From positions 1-64,000 of IMG/VR virus record IMGVR_UViG_3300021963_008193: a DNA stretch of 64,000 bases; one strand, given 5' to 3'. The position numbers and the translations under genes were made by a program. The notes under the pieces are model-generated. The model had not been told where the DNA came from. It saw only the letters and a list, made by a program, of their open reading frames with translations, and did not search any database. Shown piece by piece: positions 45,862-55,481 of the stretch (within the stretch, counting starts at the first letter, position 1; each line of letters begins with the position of its first letter). This DNA comes from a virus.

Positions 45862-48675
45862 ATGCCGAGTCAAAATATAAATCAATACGTGTATCCTAAC
45901 CTATTTCCAAAACTTGCTTTGGAAAGTCACGACATGTCTTTAACATCGGATGAGTTAGGTTTTAATCAAGAGGTTGTTTTTTCACCTTATTTGATTGCAC
46001 AGACTTATGGTAACCGACTTCCTTTTTACTTTGATATTAATAATAGTGAAACGGTACAAAATCTAAATTTAACTTATAAAAATTATAATCGAAATAATAT
46101 TTTTGTTTCTCAGAACTATTATAACCCCGATAAAAAAGACTTAACTTGTTTTACAGGGATGAGTTCTTGTGACATTGGATTAACAGGAATAGATAATGGT
46201 TTAGTTACTCAAATGACGGGTCAGACTATTACATTCACTAATGGTTTATTACCTGACACATTAAAATTTGATAGGTTAAGTTTTGACAGAAGATTAAAAT
46301 TATTTCAAGTAACTGGAAACACATCAAACAATATTAGATTCTCAGGGTTCGATAAAACCATTCTATATGAGGTTGTAAGTAAATACAGTCCTTATGAAGG
46401 TAAATACCATGAATTATATGGTGGGTTTTATCAAGGATTTTATAAGTTATTTGGTTATGATTATGAAATTTTTCCTGAAAGAATGAACAAAGGATGGGCG
46501 GTTGAGATGATTCTAAAACCAAGACTATTCAATGAATATACACCATTACCAAACGAAACAACCTTAAATGATTTGTACCCTGGTAATAAAAATACTTTCT
46601 TTTATTTCGGGACTCGAGCGGAAAATAAATTCTATCATCATGCTGATGGTACTCCAAATTGTTTTACAGGTTATACAAGAGTTACGTCTCCTTTAACAGG
46701 TTTAAGTACTTGTGCATGTTGTAATAAAACAATCACAGATAGTCGTTGTATCTATGTTTACCCTCCAAGGTCTGTTGATGGTAAACATGACCCACATATT
46801 AATTACGGTTGTAAATTATGTAATGGTGATAAAACAAAAAGTTTAACATGTGGTTGTAATTGTGGTGATTATGGTTGTGAGGATTGTGGATGGGAATGTC
46901 AAACACATGTTTGTCCTCCTGAACCATCACCTACACCAACCCCAACACCGAGCCCAACGCCTACAAGTGACGGGTGCATCCCAAAACCTGTGTGCACACC
47001 AACATGTACAACATGTGATACTTGTACAGATTGTATTGATTGTGCATCTACAGGTTATACTTCAGTCGAAGATACTTGTGAAAAAGACCCGTTATATGAC
47101 GCAATGTCAAACGCGTTATCTTTTAGACTTTGTGGTGACCCAAAAAACCCACAAATTGGTGTAAAAGTTTTAAGGTTTACAGGTGATTGTACAACAACAG
47201 GTTCTTGTTCTACATCAGGAATAACATATACAACAGGTTATACGGTAACTGAATATTGTACACCACCAATTTATCCAAGATGTCAAAAAGAAAATCCTGC
47301 TTGGTTAGAACAAGAACATTGGTTCCAACTTGATGCGGTATGGGAGAGATATACATGGTTGGATTACTGCGATTTAAATTATAGGGGTGGTTTAGGTGAC
47401 ATAACAAAAGAATTTTATCTTGAGTCATTAGCCAATAATACTACTTCATTAGTAACTGCACAATATACTCATTCAGGAACAACTCCACCACAACAAATCG
47501 AACTTGTTAATTTAAACGAGAAATGGTTACTTGATAAACATTATAGAAAAGGTAGATTAAAATTTTACATTAACGGTAAAATTTTCCATACGTTGGAGGA
47601 TTTTGAAGAACTTATTCCAAGAGCGTTAAACACTGATAAAGAAAAACAGGTTGGTGTTCCGTTTAATGTATCGTGGGGAGGTGGTACTCAAGGACTAAGA
47701 GAGAATTTAACGTTCTCATCTATGACATTACCATACGGACCTTATATTCAAGACCCTGAATGTCTCCCAATTAATGATTTAACAGGTACAACATTTAACG
47801 GTTTAAAAACAAATATTCAAATAGAACAAAACTTTGCTGGTAACTTTGAAGGTGGAATTTCCCAATTCAGAATGTATGTGGAACCATTATCAGCACCTGA
47901 AGTAAAACACAACTTTAAATTATTAAAGAATATCTTTAGGATGTTTAATCCTGATTGTCCTGATTGTTCGACTGATGTTTGTTTAACTGATGATTTCACT
48001 TATGACATTGTTGAAAACCCACAACAATTAGGAAGAATACACATTCCTGATAACAGAGATAACAAATATTTGATTGAGAATAAATTAACTTTAAAACCAT
48101 CATTACTAACCTCAAAAAATTGGGAGGACAATATTTGGTGGGGAAACCAAGGTCAGACACCTATGTGTGTTGGATATGCTTGGGCTCATTGGATTGAGGA
48201 TGGCCCAATTACTCACAAGTCAAAAACTCGACCTGTTGTTTCACCAATTCTAATTTATAAAGAAGCGCAAAAACTTGATGAATGGGTTGGGGAAAATTAT
48301 GATGGAACATCTGTTAGAGGTGGTGCGAAATATTTAAAAAAGACAGGAAAGATATCATCATATCTTTGGACATTCGACCTTAATGTTATGATTAATACTG
48401 TTTTAACAGTTGGTCCTGTTGTAGTTGGTACTAATTGGTATAACACCATGTTTTATCCTGACCGTAATGGTCTATTAAGAGTTGGTGGTAGAGTTGCAGG
48501 AGGTCATGCTTATGAAATAAATGGTGTTGACACGGTTAAACAATTATTTAGAATCAAAAATAGTTGGGGTAGAACTTGGGGTCAACAAGGACACGCATAT
48601 ATATCGTTCTCTGATATGAGAAGATTAATTAACGAAAACGGTGAGGTTTGTTTAGCCGTTGAAAATAGATTTTAA
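45862..48675 (+). CDS. Cys-rich LamG-like structural protein fused to a C-terminal papain-like (C1) cysteine peptidase
   Basis: NQGQTPMCVGYA (Q, C), GGHAY (H), IKNSWG..WG..G.AYIS (N); G.LKFYING and F.GGISQFRMY..PL (LamG-like); many CxxC/CxC motifs. Confidence 0.8.
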   Translation: MPSQNINQYVYPNLFPKLALESHDMSLTSDELGFNQEVVFSPYLIAQTYGNRLPFYFDINNSETVQNLNLTYKNYNRNNIFVSQNYYNPDKKDLTCFTGMSSCDIGLTGIDNGLVTQMTGQTITFTNGLLPDTLKFDRLSFDRRLKLFQVTGNTSNNIRFSGFDKTILYEVVSKYSPYEGKYHELYGGFYQGFYKLFGYDYEIFPERMNKGWAVEMILKPRLFNEYTPLPNETTLNDLYPGNKNTFFYFGTRAENKFYHHADGTPNCFTGYTRVTSPLTGLSTCACCNKTITDSRCIYVYPPRSVDGKHDPHINYGCKLCNGDKTKSLTCGCNCGDYGCEDCGWECQTHVCPPEPSPTPTPTPSPTPTSDGCIPKPVCTPTCTTCDTCTDCIDCASTGYTSVEDTCEKDPLYDAMSNALSFRLCGDPKNPQIGVKVLRFTGDCTTTGSCSTSGITYTTGYTVTEYCTPPIYPRCQKENPAWLEQEHWFQLDAVWERYTWLDYCDLNYRGGLGDITKEFYLESLANNTTSLVTAQYTHSGTTPPQQIELVNLNEKWLLDKHYRKGRLKFYINGKIFHTLEDFEELIPRALNTDKEKQVGVPFNVSWGGGTQGLRENLTFSSMTLPYGPYIQDPECLPINDLTGTTFNGLKTNIQIEQNFAGNFEGGISQFRMYVEPLSAPEVKHNFKLLKNIFRMFNPDCPDCSTDVCLTDDFTYDIVENPQQLGRIHIPDNRDNKYLIENKLTLKPSLLTSKNWEDNIWWGNQGQTPMCVGYAWAHWIEDGPITHKSKTRPVVSPILIYKEAQKLDEWVGENYDGTSVRGGAKYLKKTGKISSYLWTFDLNVMINTVLTVGPVVVGTNWYNTMFYPDRNGLLRVGGRVAGGHAYEINGVDTVKQLFRIKNSWGRTWGQQGHAYISFSDMRRLINENGEVCLAVENRF

Positions 48676-48678
48676 AAA

Positions 48679-50220
48679 ATGAGTCAAAGTATTATTATAC
48701 GAAGTATTAACTACGATGGAGAAATGGCAAACATCCTCTTCAACCCATACGGGGAAGAAACTGTTTTTAACTTAGGGGACCATAACCTCCCATTCGTATT
48801 TAACCCTTCATTATTAGAACCACCAAAAGATGTTTATGGTACATACACTATTTTAGTATTAGGTTCCGATTGCCCAAATTTTTTAAATGTCCCAAGACCT
48901 ACACCTACACCTACACCAACTCCGAGCGTTACTAAAACATCAACACCTACTGTTACCCCAACAATTACCCCAACACCTACATTTGACCCTTGTAAAGTTC
49001 CAACTCAAACACCAACAGTAACTACAAGTCCAACGGTAACACCAACAATGACCATGACACCTAGTCAAACTTGTACTAATCCTTGTGGATGTCCTGAACC
49101 AAGTAAAACACCTAAACCTCGTAAAACACCTACACCTACACCAAGTGCCACAAGTGGGTACTGTTATCCTACTCCAACACCTACACAGACAATAACTCCA
49201 ACAAATACTATAACACCTACACATACTGCGACGCCGACTATAACACCAAGTACATCACCATTAACATGTGATTTTACTTATGAAATTTTAGATGTGACAA
49301 ATACCCCAACTCCAACCCCAACAATTACACCTACAATATCATTAACTCCCACAATGACCCCAACTAACACCATTACACCAACCCCTACGGAAAGTCTTAC
49401 ACCAACCCCTACAGTTACACCTACTGAATCATTAACACCAACTCCAACACCTACCATTACTCCAACCAATACCCTAACACCAACACCAACAATAACACCT
49501 ACGGAATCATTAACACCAACGCCAACACCAACAATAACTCCTACGGAATCATTAACACCAACACCAACACCAACAATAACCCTCACACCAACCTCAACCT
49601 TAACCCCAACACCTACGCCTACACCATATAGAAATTTCTTAATTACAAATTTAGATACTGATGGTTGTGTTGTTTCATCTATTGGAGCTAATTTCAGTAC
49701 GATGTTTAATTTCTCTTATCCAATTATAAATGGACAAAGTGGTAACGGATTCTTGTATTCAAACATTGTAGGAGACTATATGACTTTTACAATAACAGGA
49801 GGTACTGTTAATGGTGTTAATGTTTATGAGAATGGTATATTGACTAGCGGATTTACAGGATTTGACCCAGTAACGTACACCTACTATCTAACTCAAACTA
49901 TTGGTGATAATGATTTATTGTACGTTGAGGTATTTAACCCTTTAAATCCACCGAGTCCAACCCCAACAATAACCCCTACAATTACACCAACTCAAACAAT
50001 AACCCCTACAATTACCTCAACTCAAACATTAACCCCAACACCTACCTCGACTCAAACATTAACTCCAACACCTACCGAAACTTTAACCCCTACCCCGACT
50101 ATCACACCAACTGAAACATTAACTCCGACTCCAACTCCGACCGATACAGGAAGTTATCTATTACAAGCAAATGGATTCTTCGTTTTACAGGCGGATGGGT
50201 CAAAGATTATAATAACATAA
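48679..50220 (+). CDS. Mucin-like Pro/Thr-rich fibre/adaptor protein
   Basis: N-terminal Ig-like domain, long TPTPTITPT tracts, C-terminal [20 protein letters not shown]. Confidence 0.75.
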   Translation: MSQSIIIRSINYDGEMANILFNPYGEETVFNLGDHNLPFVFNPSLLEPPKDVYGTYTILVLGSDCPNFLNVPRPTPTPTPTPSVTKTSTPTVTPTITPTPTFDPCKVPTQTPTVTTSPTVTPTMTMTPSQTCTNPCGCPEPSKTPKPRKTPTPTPSATSGYCYPTPTPTQTITPTNTITPTHTATPTITPSTSPLTCDFTYEILDVTNTPTPTPTITPTISLTPTMTPTNTITPTPTESLTPTPTVTPTESLTPTPTPTITPTNTLTPTPTITPTESLTPTPTPTITPTESLTPTPTPTITLTPTSTLTPTPTPTPYRNFLITNLDTDGCVVSSIGANFSTMFNFSYPIINGQSGNGFLYSNIVGDYMTFTITGGTVNGVNVYENGILTSGFTGFDPVTYTYYLTQTIGDNDLLYVEVFNPLNPPSPTPTITPTITPTQTITPTITSTQTLTPTPTSTQTLTPTPTETLTPTPTITPTETLTPTPTPTDTGSYLLQANGFFVLQADGSKIIIT

Positions 50221-50242
50221 AGTATTTATAAAATAAAAAGAA

Positions 50243-50878
50243 ATGCCGAATTTACCGATATCCTCATTACCCGAATTAACCGCAATCACCTCAACTGCAG
50301 AATATGTTGTTGAGCTTTCAGGTACAACTTATAAAATAAAACAAGGAACATTATCACCTTTACCAACTGTTTATGGTTTATATTCTCAAACCGCAAATAG
50401 TGTAACGGTTAGTGCAACAACGGTTGAGTCGACATTAATTGATGGTGGTGTTGGTACGTTAACAGTGCCTGCAAACGGATTTAAAATTGGTGATAGTTTT
50501 AGGGCCGATTTTGGCGGGTTAATATCCGCTAAAAATAATGATACAATTAGAATTAGAGTTAAAACAGGGTCGGTCATCCTTGCTGATAGCGGACCTCAAA
50601 CTATGGTATCATCAACAAATGATGTTTGGCAATTTTCAATAAATTTTACGGTTAGGACTATAGGTGGACCAGGAGTTGCTTCAATGGTATCGTTAGGAGT
50701 ATTCCATACAGAAAAACAATCAAACGGTACTCCAAGAGGTTTTGCGTTTAATACAGTAAATAATACAACATTTGATACCACCGTTTCAAATACTTTAAAT
50801 GTTACTGTTGAGTTTAGTAGTAACAGTGGTTTAAACTCAATTTACTCAGATATATTCGTTTTAAATAAAATTTATTAA
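50243..50878 (+). CDS. Fibre/tip protein with N-terminal ISxLP motif
   Basis: MPNLPISSLP; beta-rich C-terminal domain; own late motif at 50223-50230. Confidence 0.6.
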   Translation: MPNLPISSLPELTAITSTAEYVVELSGTTYKIKQGTLSPLPTVYGLYSQTANSVTVSATTVESTLIDGGVGTLTVPANGFKIGDSFRADFGGLISAKNNDTIRIRVKTGSVILADSGPQTMVSSTNDVWQFSINFTVRTIGGPGVASMVSLGVFHTEKQSNGTPRGFAFNTVNNTTFDTTVSNTLNVTVEFSSNSGLNSIYSDIFVLNKIY

Positions 50879-51153
50879 TGAGCACTGTTTTACAAATATT
50901 ATCTAATAACTATAGTGGACAGTCCGCTGATATAACCTTTTATCCTTGTTCAGGTGGGATTATTAATATAGGAACCGTTACGTTACCCTACAACTATTAT
51001 AGTGATGATTTTACAGGATTGTATTCGATATATATACCTCATTATGATAAAACATGTGAAGTTGATGTCCCGTGTACCTCAACGTTATATCTGACAAATG
51101 AATCAGGAAATAGACTTATTTCTGAGAATGGGTTCTATATAATCGTAGAATAA
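50878..51153 (+). CDS. Short adaptor, paralogue of 48679-50220 without the PT stalk
   Basis: I.S.NY.G..A.I.F.P.....N.G...LP....... G.Y.I...C...VP shared; C-terminal YLTNESGNRLISENGFYIIVE. Confidence 0.7.
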   Translation: MSTVLQILSNNYSGQSADITFYPCSGGIINIGTVTLPYNYYSDDFTGLYSIYIPHYDKTCEVDVPCTSTLYLTNESGNRLISENGFYIIVE

Positions 51154-51177
51154 AGTATTTATAAATAAAAAAAGAAA

Positions 51178-54100
51178 ATGCCTAATATTAAAATATCACA
51201 ACTTCCTTATGTCGGTAAAACGGGTTATACCTCTAACGACATAGTTCCTTTTGTTAGTTACATAAATCCAACGGGTACTACAAGTGAAACTAAAATAGAT
51301 GACATAAAAGATTATGTTTTAGACAATTCATTTGTACAAAACGTAATTAAAGTTGGTAAAGGTGGTGATGTTGATTTTACATCTTTAAATGATGCAATAC
51401 AATCAATTACAGGTTCCTCAGATAGTAATAGGTTTACAATTCAAGTCGGACCTGGAGTATATGTTGAACCTCCAATGAGTTTAATTGGTAAAGAATACGT
51501 TAGTATAGTTGGTGATGATATATATTCGGTTGTTATTGTACCTGATAATCCATCAAATACTATAATACGACTAGGTAATACGAGTTATATCTCATTTTTA
51601 ACAATTAGTGGTGCAACTTCAGGGGTCGGTATTTCGTGTGATAACTTAGGAGGTTTTGCTTTAGTACATAAAATATCAATGTACGATAATGATGTACAAA
51701 TTACTGTAATCTCAACAGTTGATAATACACAATTTTATGGGGAATATATAGATTTAAATGGGTACTATAGTTACGGTGTATATGTAATTGCACAGTCAAA
51801 TTACCAAGCATTTGCTAATTTAGAAAATCACTTTAACTTCCCATCAGGAAACCCGACAATTGCAAACTTTTGTCAAGGACAAAATTCTGTTTTGAGTTTT
51901 GATAGTGGTAGTGCGATTGGTGTTGGAGTACCTGGGTCAGTAGCCTTTTGGCTTGAAGACAGTTCTCAAATGACAATGTCCAATTCTAATATTGTAGGTT
52001 GGGATGTCGCAATTAGAATTGCAAATAATGGGGGTCCATCAACATTTGATATTGATGGGGTTAGTATACGTGACTCGGTTACATATGATTTATCGGTTGA
52101 CCACATTGATACTCAAGGAACTATACAAGGTAGTTTATCTCACCAGTTAATTAGTAACGTTTCAGAAAACGTTTATTGGGGTTTTTTAGACCATACGGAT
52201 GGTGAGTTTGATATTACAAGAAAACTTTCAGTAACATTTAAAGACGGAACACACACTGATTTATCGACCTTAATTTTTGAAGGGGGTACAATGGGTGTTC
52301 TTGAGGGTGGTGTTATTACAATAGTAAGTGGACTTACTTTTAGTATTTCTGAGGGGTATGGATATTTGGAAAGTATTATTGATAATGGTATTATCAAAAG
52401 ATACGATTGGTTAGATACTCAACACACATTATTACCAAAACAAAACCAATACATTTATATTAATAATAACGGAATTTTATCTAATTCAGGTACAAGACCA
52501 AACTCAATTTACAATATTGTACTTGGTAGAGTTGTAACAAATTCTACTAATATAATAATGATTGACGCAAGTCCATTACAAGCATCGCATACTTCAAACT
52601 TATATGGTAATTTATTTAGAAACGCATTAGGACCAATTTATGACTCAGGCTCAATTGTAACTGAAAATAATACCGTTTACCATTTAGATGTTACAGGTGG
52701 GGATTATTACTACTCAACAAATGAATACTTACCAAGTGGTGGAACTGATATTACATTTACAATGTATTATGGTGATGGCACTACAGGTTGGACAACCTCG
52801 GCAACAACTGAAGTCGTTAATGGATGGGATGATGGTAGCGGAACTATTGCTCCATTACCTACAACAGGATTTACAAAACATACATTATATGTTGTTGGTG
52901 AAGGAATAAATGAACAATACTTTTTAGTTTTAGGTCAAGAGAAATATACAAGTTTAATTGAAACTGAAAATGGTTTATTACCGATTCCACCGACTTACTT
53001 TGAGGACTCGGTGACTCAGATTGCGTCTATTTATATACAACAAGGACAACCAAGTATTGTTCAGATTGAGGATATTAGACCTGTAATTGGTTTTAAAGCA
53101 GGTGGAGTAAACGCATCTTCATTACACGCCAATTTATTAGGATTGAGTGCGGATGACCACACACAATATCTTTTAGTTGATGGTGGTAGAGCTATGGAAG
53201 GTGACCTTGATATGGGTGGTAACGACATACTAAATGTTGATAGGATTCTAAGTGATAACGTAACATCAACAAGTGTATCTGCAACAACTTATTATAATTT
53301 ACCTATTGACCCTGATACATATGTTACAGGTTTTACATATAATAACAACGTTTTCACGGTAAAACAAAACAATGGTCAACCTGATTTGACCGCGGTTATT
53401 AATTCAGTAACAGGATGGACAGTTAATGGTAATTTAACCGTAACAGGTGATACATCAGTACAAGGATTAACCGCAACAACAATCTCCGCAACAACTTATC
53501 AGAACTTGCCTGTTGACCCTAATACATTTGTTACGGCATTTACCTACAATAACAATGTTTTCACTTTAAAACAAAATAATGGACAACCTGATTTAAGTAC
53601 AACAATTAATACTGTGACGGGGTTAACAGTTAATGGTGATTTAACTGTAACAGGAAATACATCAATGAAGTCAGTTACTGCGACAACAGTAAGTGCATCA
53701 ACCGTAACTATACAATCAACAAATGTTCCACCAACTCCAACCGTTTCAACACCATTCATTGACAATTATGATAGGGTAACTTTATCCCCAGGAGGGACAC
53801 CATCTTTAACGTATACGAATACAAATACAGGTGGAGGAAATTCTACAATAGTAACAAATTATTTAAACTTAAATAATGGAACTCCTGCGGGTCAGTCGTA
53901 CACAACGGTCCCACTTTCAGGATTTGGTTCACCATTTAACCCAACGTTATCTAGTAATAACCCATTATCCACAATTGAATGGACTTTCAATTTAAGGACT
54001 AATAGAGCCGCAATATTTGCGGGATTTGGGGCTTCCTCATACGGTGGAGCGGTAGTGTTAGTAGGGTCAAACACTAACTTACAAAGTGCGGGTAGTGGTT

Positions 54101-55071
54101 ACGCATTAGTCTATGGTACGACAGGTACACGAAATTGGAAACTTGTTAAATATAATAATGGTCTTGCGGGAACTCAAACAGATATCATTACTGGTGGACT
54201 TTTCTCAGGTAACACAAATTATGTCAGTGCTAGAATTTTATATACACCATCAACAAATACTTGGTCGTATTATTTTAGAGATGATGGACCAACTGCTTGG
54301 GCGGACCCAACCACAACTAATACATTAATAGGTTCTGCAGTTGATAGCACATACACCTCAACACTTATGAGTGTTTTTGGAGTATTTTTTAACTACTCCA
54401 CCGCGGCATCACAAAATTTACAATTTGATAATTTAAGGGTACAACAAAGTATAACCCCTAGTGCATCTACCGTAGATTCGGTAGTGGTAAAAAATTATGT
54501 AGGTAGTGAGGTCTTCAAAGTAAAAGATGACGGTACAACAACTATGTCAGGGACTGTAACTTCATCAATAGGGTTCTTTGGTTCTTTTTCAGGTACTCAC
54601 TTAGGTAATGGAAGTTCCTTAACTTTAGGTCAATCAGGTGTAATGGTTACAGGTACGACCGCGTTAACTGTTACAAATGCAACAACCGCGTTGACTTTAA
54701 TTCCAGGTTTATCAACAACAATTACAGTTTCGGGTCAAACCATGGTTTATATACAAACAAACGGTGGAGTCAATACTACTGCAACAACATCTACGGGTGG
54801 TTCGGCCTTAGATATTGGAATTTTAGTTGATGGTGCGGTATTAGCCGCAGGGGGGTATCAGAGAATATACGCCGACAACCCAACGGCAAATGCAACAGTT
54901 ACCAACTGGGTAGCCAATTGGAATACTTCGGTACTACTTACTTTAGCGGCGGGTTCACATACTATTGAGGTAGATGCCGTTTATGTTGCAGGTTCTACCG
55001 CAACTGTTAGTGGTGGTAGTGGGGCAATAAAACAAGGTACATTATCAGTAATGGTTTTAAAAAGTAATTAA
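51178..55071 (+). CDS. Long tail-fibre/tailspike-like protein (pectin-lyase-like N-region, repeats, lectin-like C-region)
   Basis: MPNIKISQLP; VGKGGDVDFTSLNDAI...TIQVGPGVYVE (beta-helix start); HANLLGL.ADDHTQY; tandem repeat; own late motif at 51156. Confidence 0.7.
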   Translation: MPNIKISQLPYVGKTGYTSNDIVPFVSYINPTGTTSETKIDDIKDYVLDNSFVQNVIKVGKGGDVDFTSLNDAIQSITGSSDSNRFTIQVGPGVYVEPPMSLIGKEYVSIVGDDIYSVVIVPDNPSNTIIRLGNTSYISFLTISGATSGVGISCDNLGGFALVHKISMYDNDVQITVISTVDNTQFYGEYIDLNGYYSYGVYVIAQSNYQAFANLENHFNFPSGNPTIANFCQGQNSVLSFDSGSAIGVGVPGSVAFWLEDSSQMTMSNSNIVGWDVAIRIANNGGPSTFDIDGVSIRDSVTYDLSVDHIDTQGTIQGSLSHQLISNVSENVYWGFLDHTDGEFDITRKLSVTFKDGTHTDLSTLIFEGGTMGVLEGGVITIVSGLTFSISEGYGYLESIIDNGIIKRYDWLDTQHTLLPKQNQYIYINNNGILSNSGTRPNSIYNIVLGRVVTNSTNIIMIDASPLQASHTSNLYGNLFRNALGPIYDSGSIVTENNTVYHLDVTGGDYYYSTNEYLPSGGTDITFTMYYGDGTTGWTTSATTEVVNGWDDGSGTIAPLPTTGFTKHTLYVVGEGINEQYFLVLGQEKYTSLIETENGLLPIPPTYFEDSVTQIASIYIQQGQPSIVQIEDIRPVIGFKAGGVNASSLHANLLGLSADDHTQYLLVDGGRAMEGDLDMGGNDILNVDRILSDNVTSTSVSATTYYNLPIDPDTYVTGFTYNNNVFTVKQNNGQPDLTAVINSVTGWTVNGNLTVTGDTSVQGLTATTISATTYQNLPVDPNTFVTAFTYNNNVFTLKQNNGQPDLSTTINTVTGLTVNGDLTVTGNTSMKSVTATTVSASTVTIQSTNVPPTPTVSTPFIDNYDRVTLSPGGTPSLTYTNTNTGGGNSTIVTNYLNLNNGTPAGQSYTTVPLSGFGSPFNPTLSSNNPLSTIEWTFNLRTNRAAIFAGFGASSYGGAVVLVGSNTNLQSAGSGYALVYGTTGTRNWKLVKYNNGLAGTQTDIITGGLFSGNTNYVSARILYTPSTNTWSYYFRDDGPTAWADPTTTNTLIGSAVDSTYTSTLMSVFGVFFNYSTAASQNLQFDNLRVQQSITPSASTVDSVVVKNYVGSEVFKVKDDGTTTMSGTVTSSIGFFGSFSGTHLGNGSSLTLGQSGVMVTGTTALTVTNATTALTLIPGLSTTITVSGQTMVYIQTNGGVNTTATTSTGGSALDIGILVDGAVLAAGGYQRIYADNPTANATVTNWVANWNTSVLLTLAAGSHTIEVDAVYVAGSTATVSGGSGAIKQGTLSVMVLKSN
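53278..53700 (+). repeat. Two tandem ~69-aa repeats (SATTY.NLP.DP.T.VT.FTYNNNVFT.KQNNGQPDL...IN.VTG.TVNG.LTVTG)
   Basis: Visible in both protein and DNA; ~207-nt period. Confidence 0.85.
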
Positions 55072-55072
55072 T

Positions 55073-55444
55073 ATGAATTATACAGATTGGAACGGATTAA
55101 TAATAACCCTTTTTCAAAATGGGTCTGAATTAAATAAAAATTTAATTATGAGGGTCGACATTGAGAAGATGAATAATTTAATAGTTAAAACGTTATTAAT
55201 TGATGTTTTATCTATGATGACATCCGAAAATTTAAAAACACAAACTAACTCAGATTTAACCTCAAATTGTAACAATTGGGATGAGATGAGTTTGTCTTTA
55301 TTTTTAGATAATGTTTTATATGGAAATATTATTTTAAATAGAATAGAATTTACAAGTAACTTGATAGACTCAAATGATTTTTTATATAATAAATTTATAG
55401 AATTATCAGGGATAGTAATAAGTGATACTCAAATAACAAATTAA
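55073..55444 (+). CDS. Hypothetical protein (possible fibre chaperone)
   Basis: 123-aa ORF directly after the fibre gene. Confidence 0.5.
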   Translation: MNYTDWNGLIITLFQNGSELNKNLIMRVDIEKMNNLIVKTLLIDVLSMMTSENLKTQTNSDLTSNCNNWDEMSLSLFLDNVLYGNIILNRIEFTSNLIDSNDFLYNKFIELSGIVISDTQITN

Positions 55445-55481
55445 ATTTATGTGTTAAGAACACCATTTTTACTATTAAATA

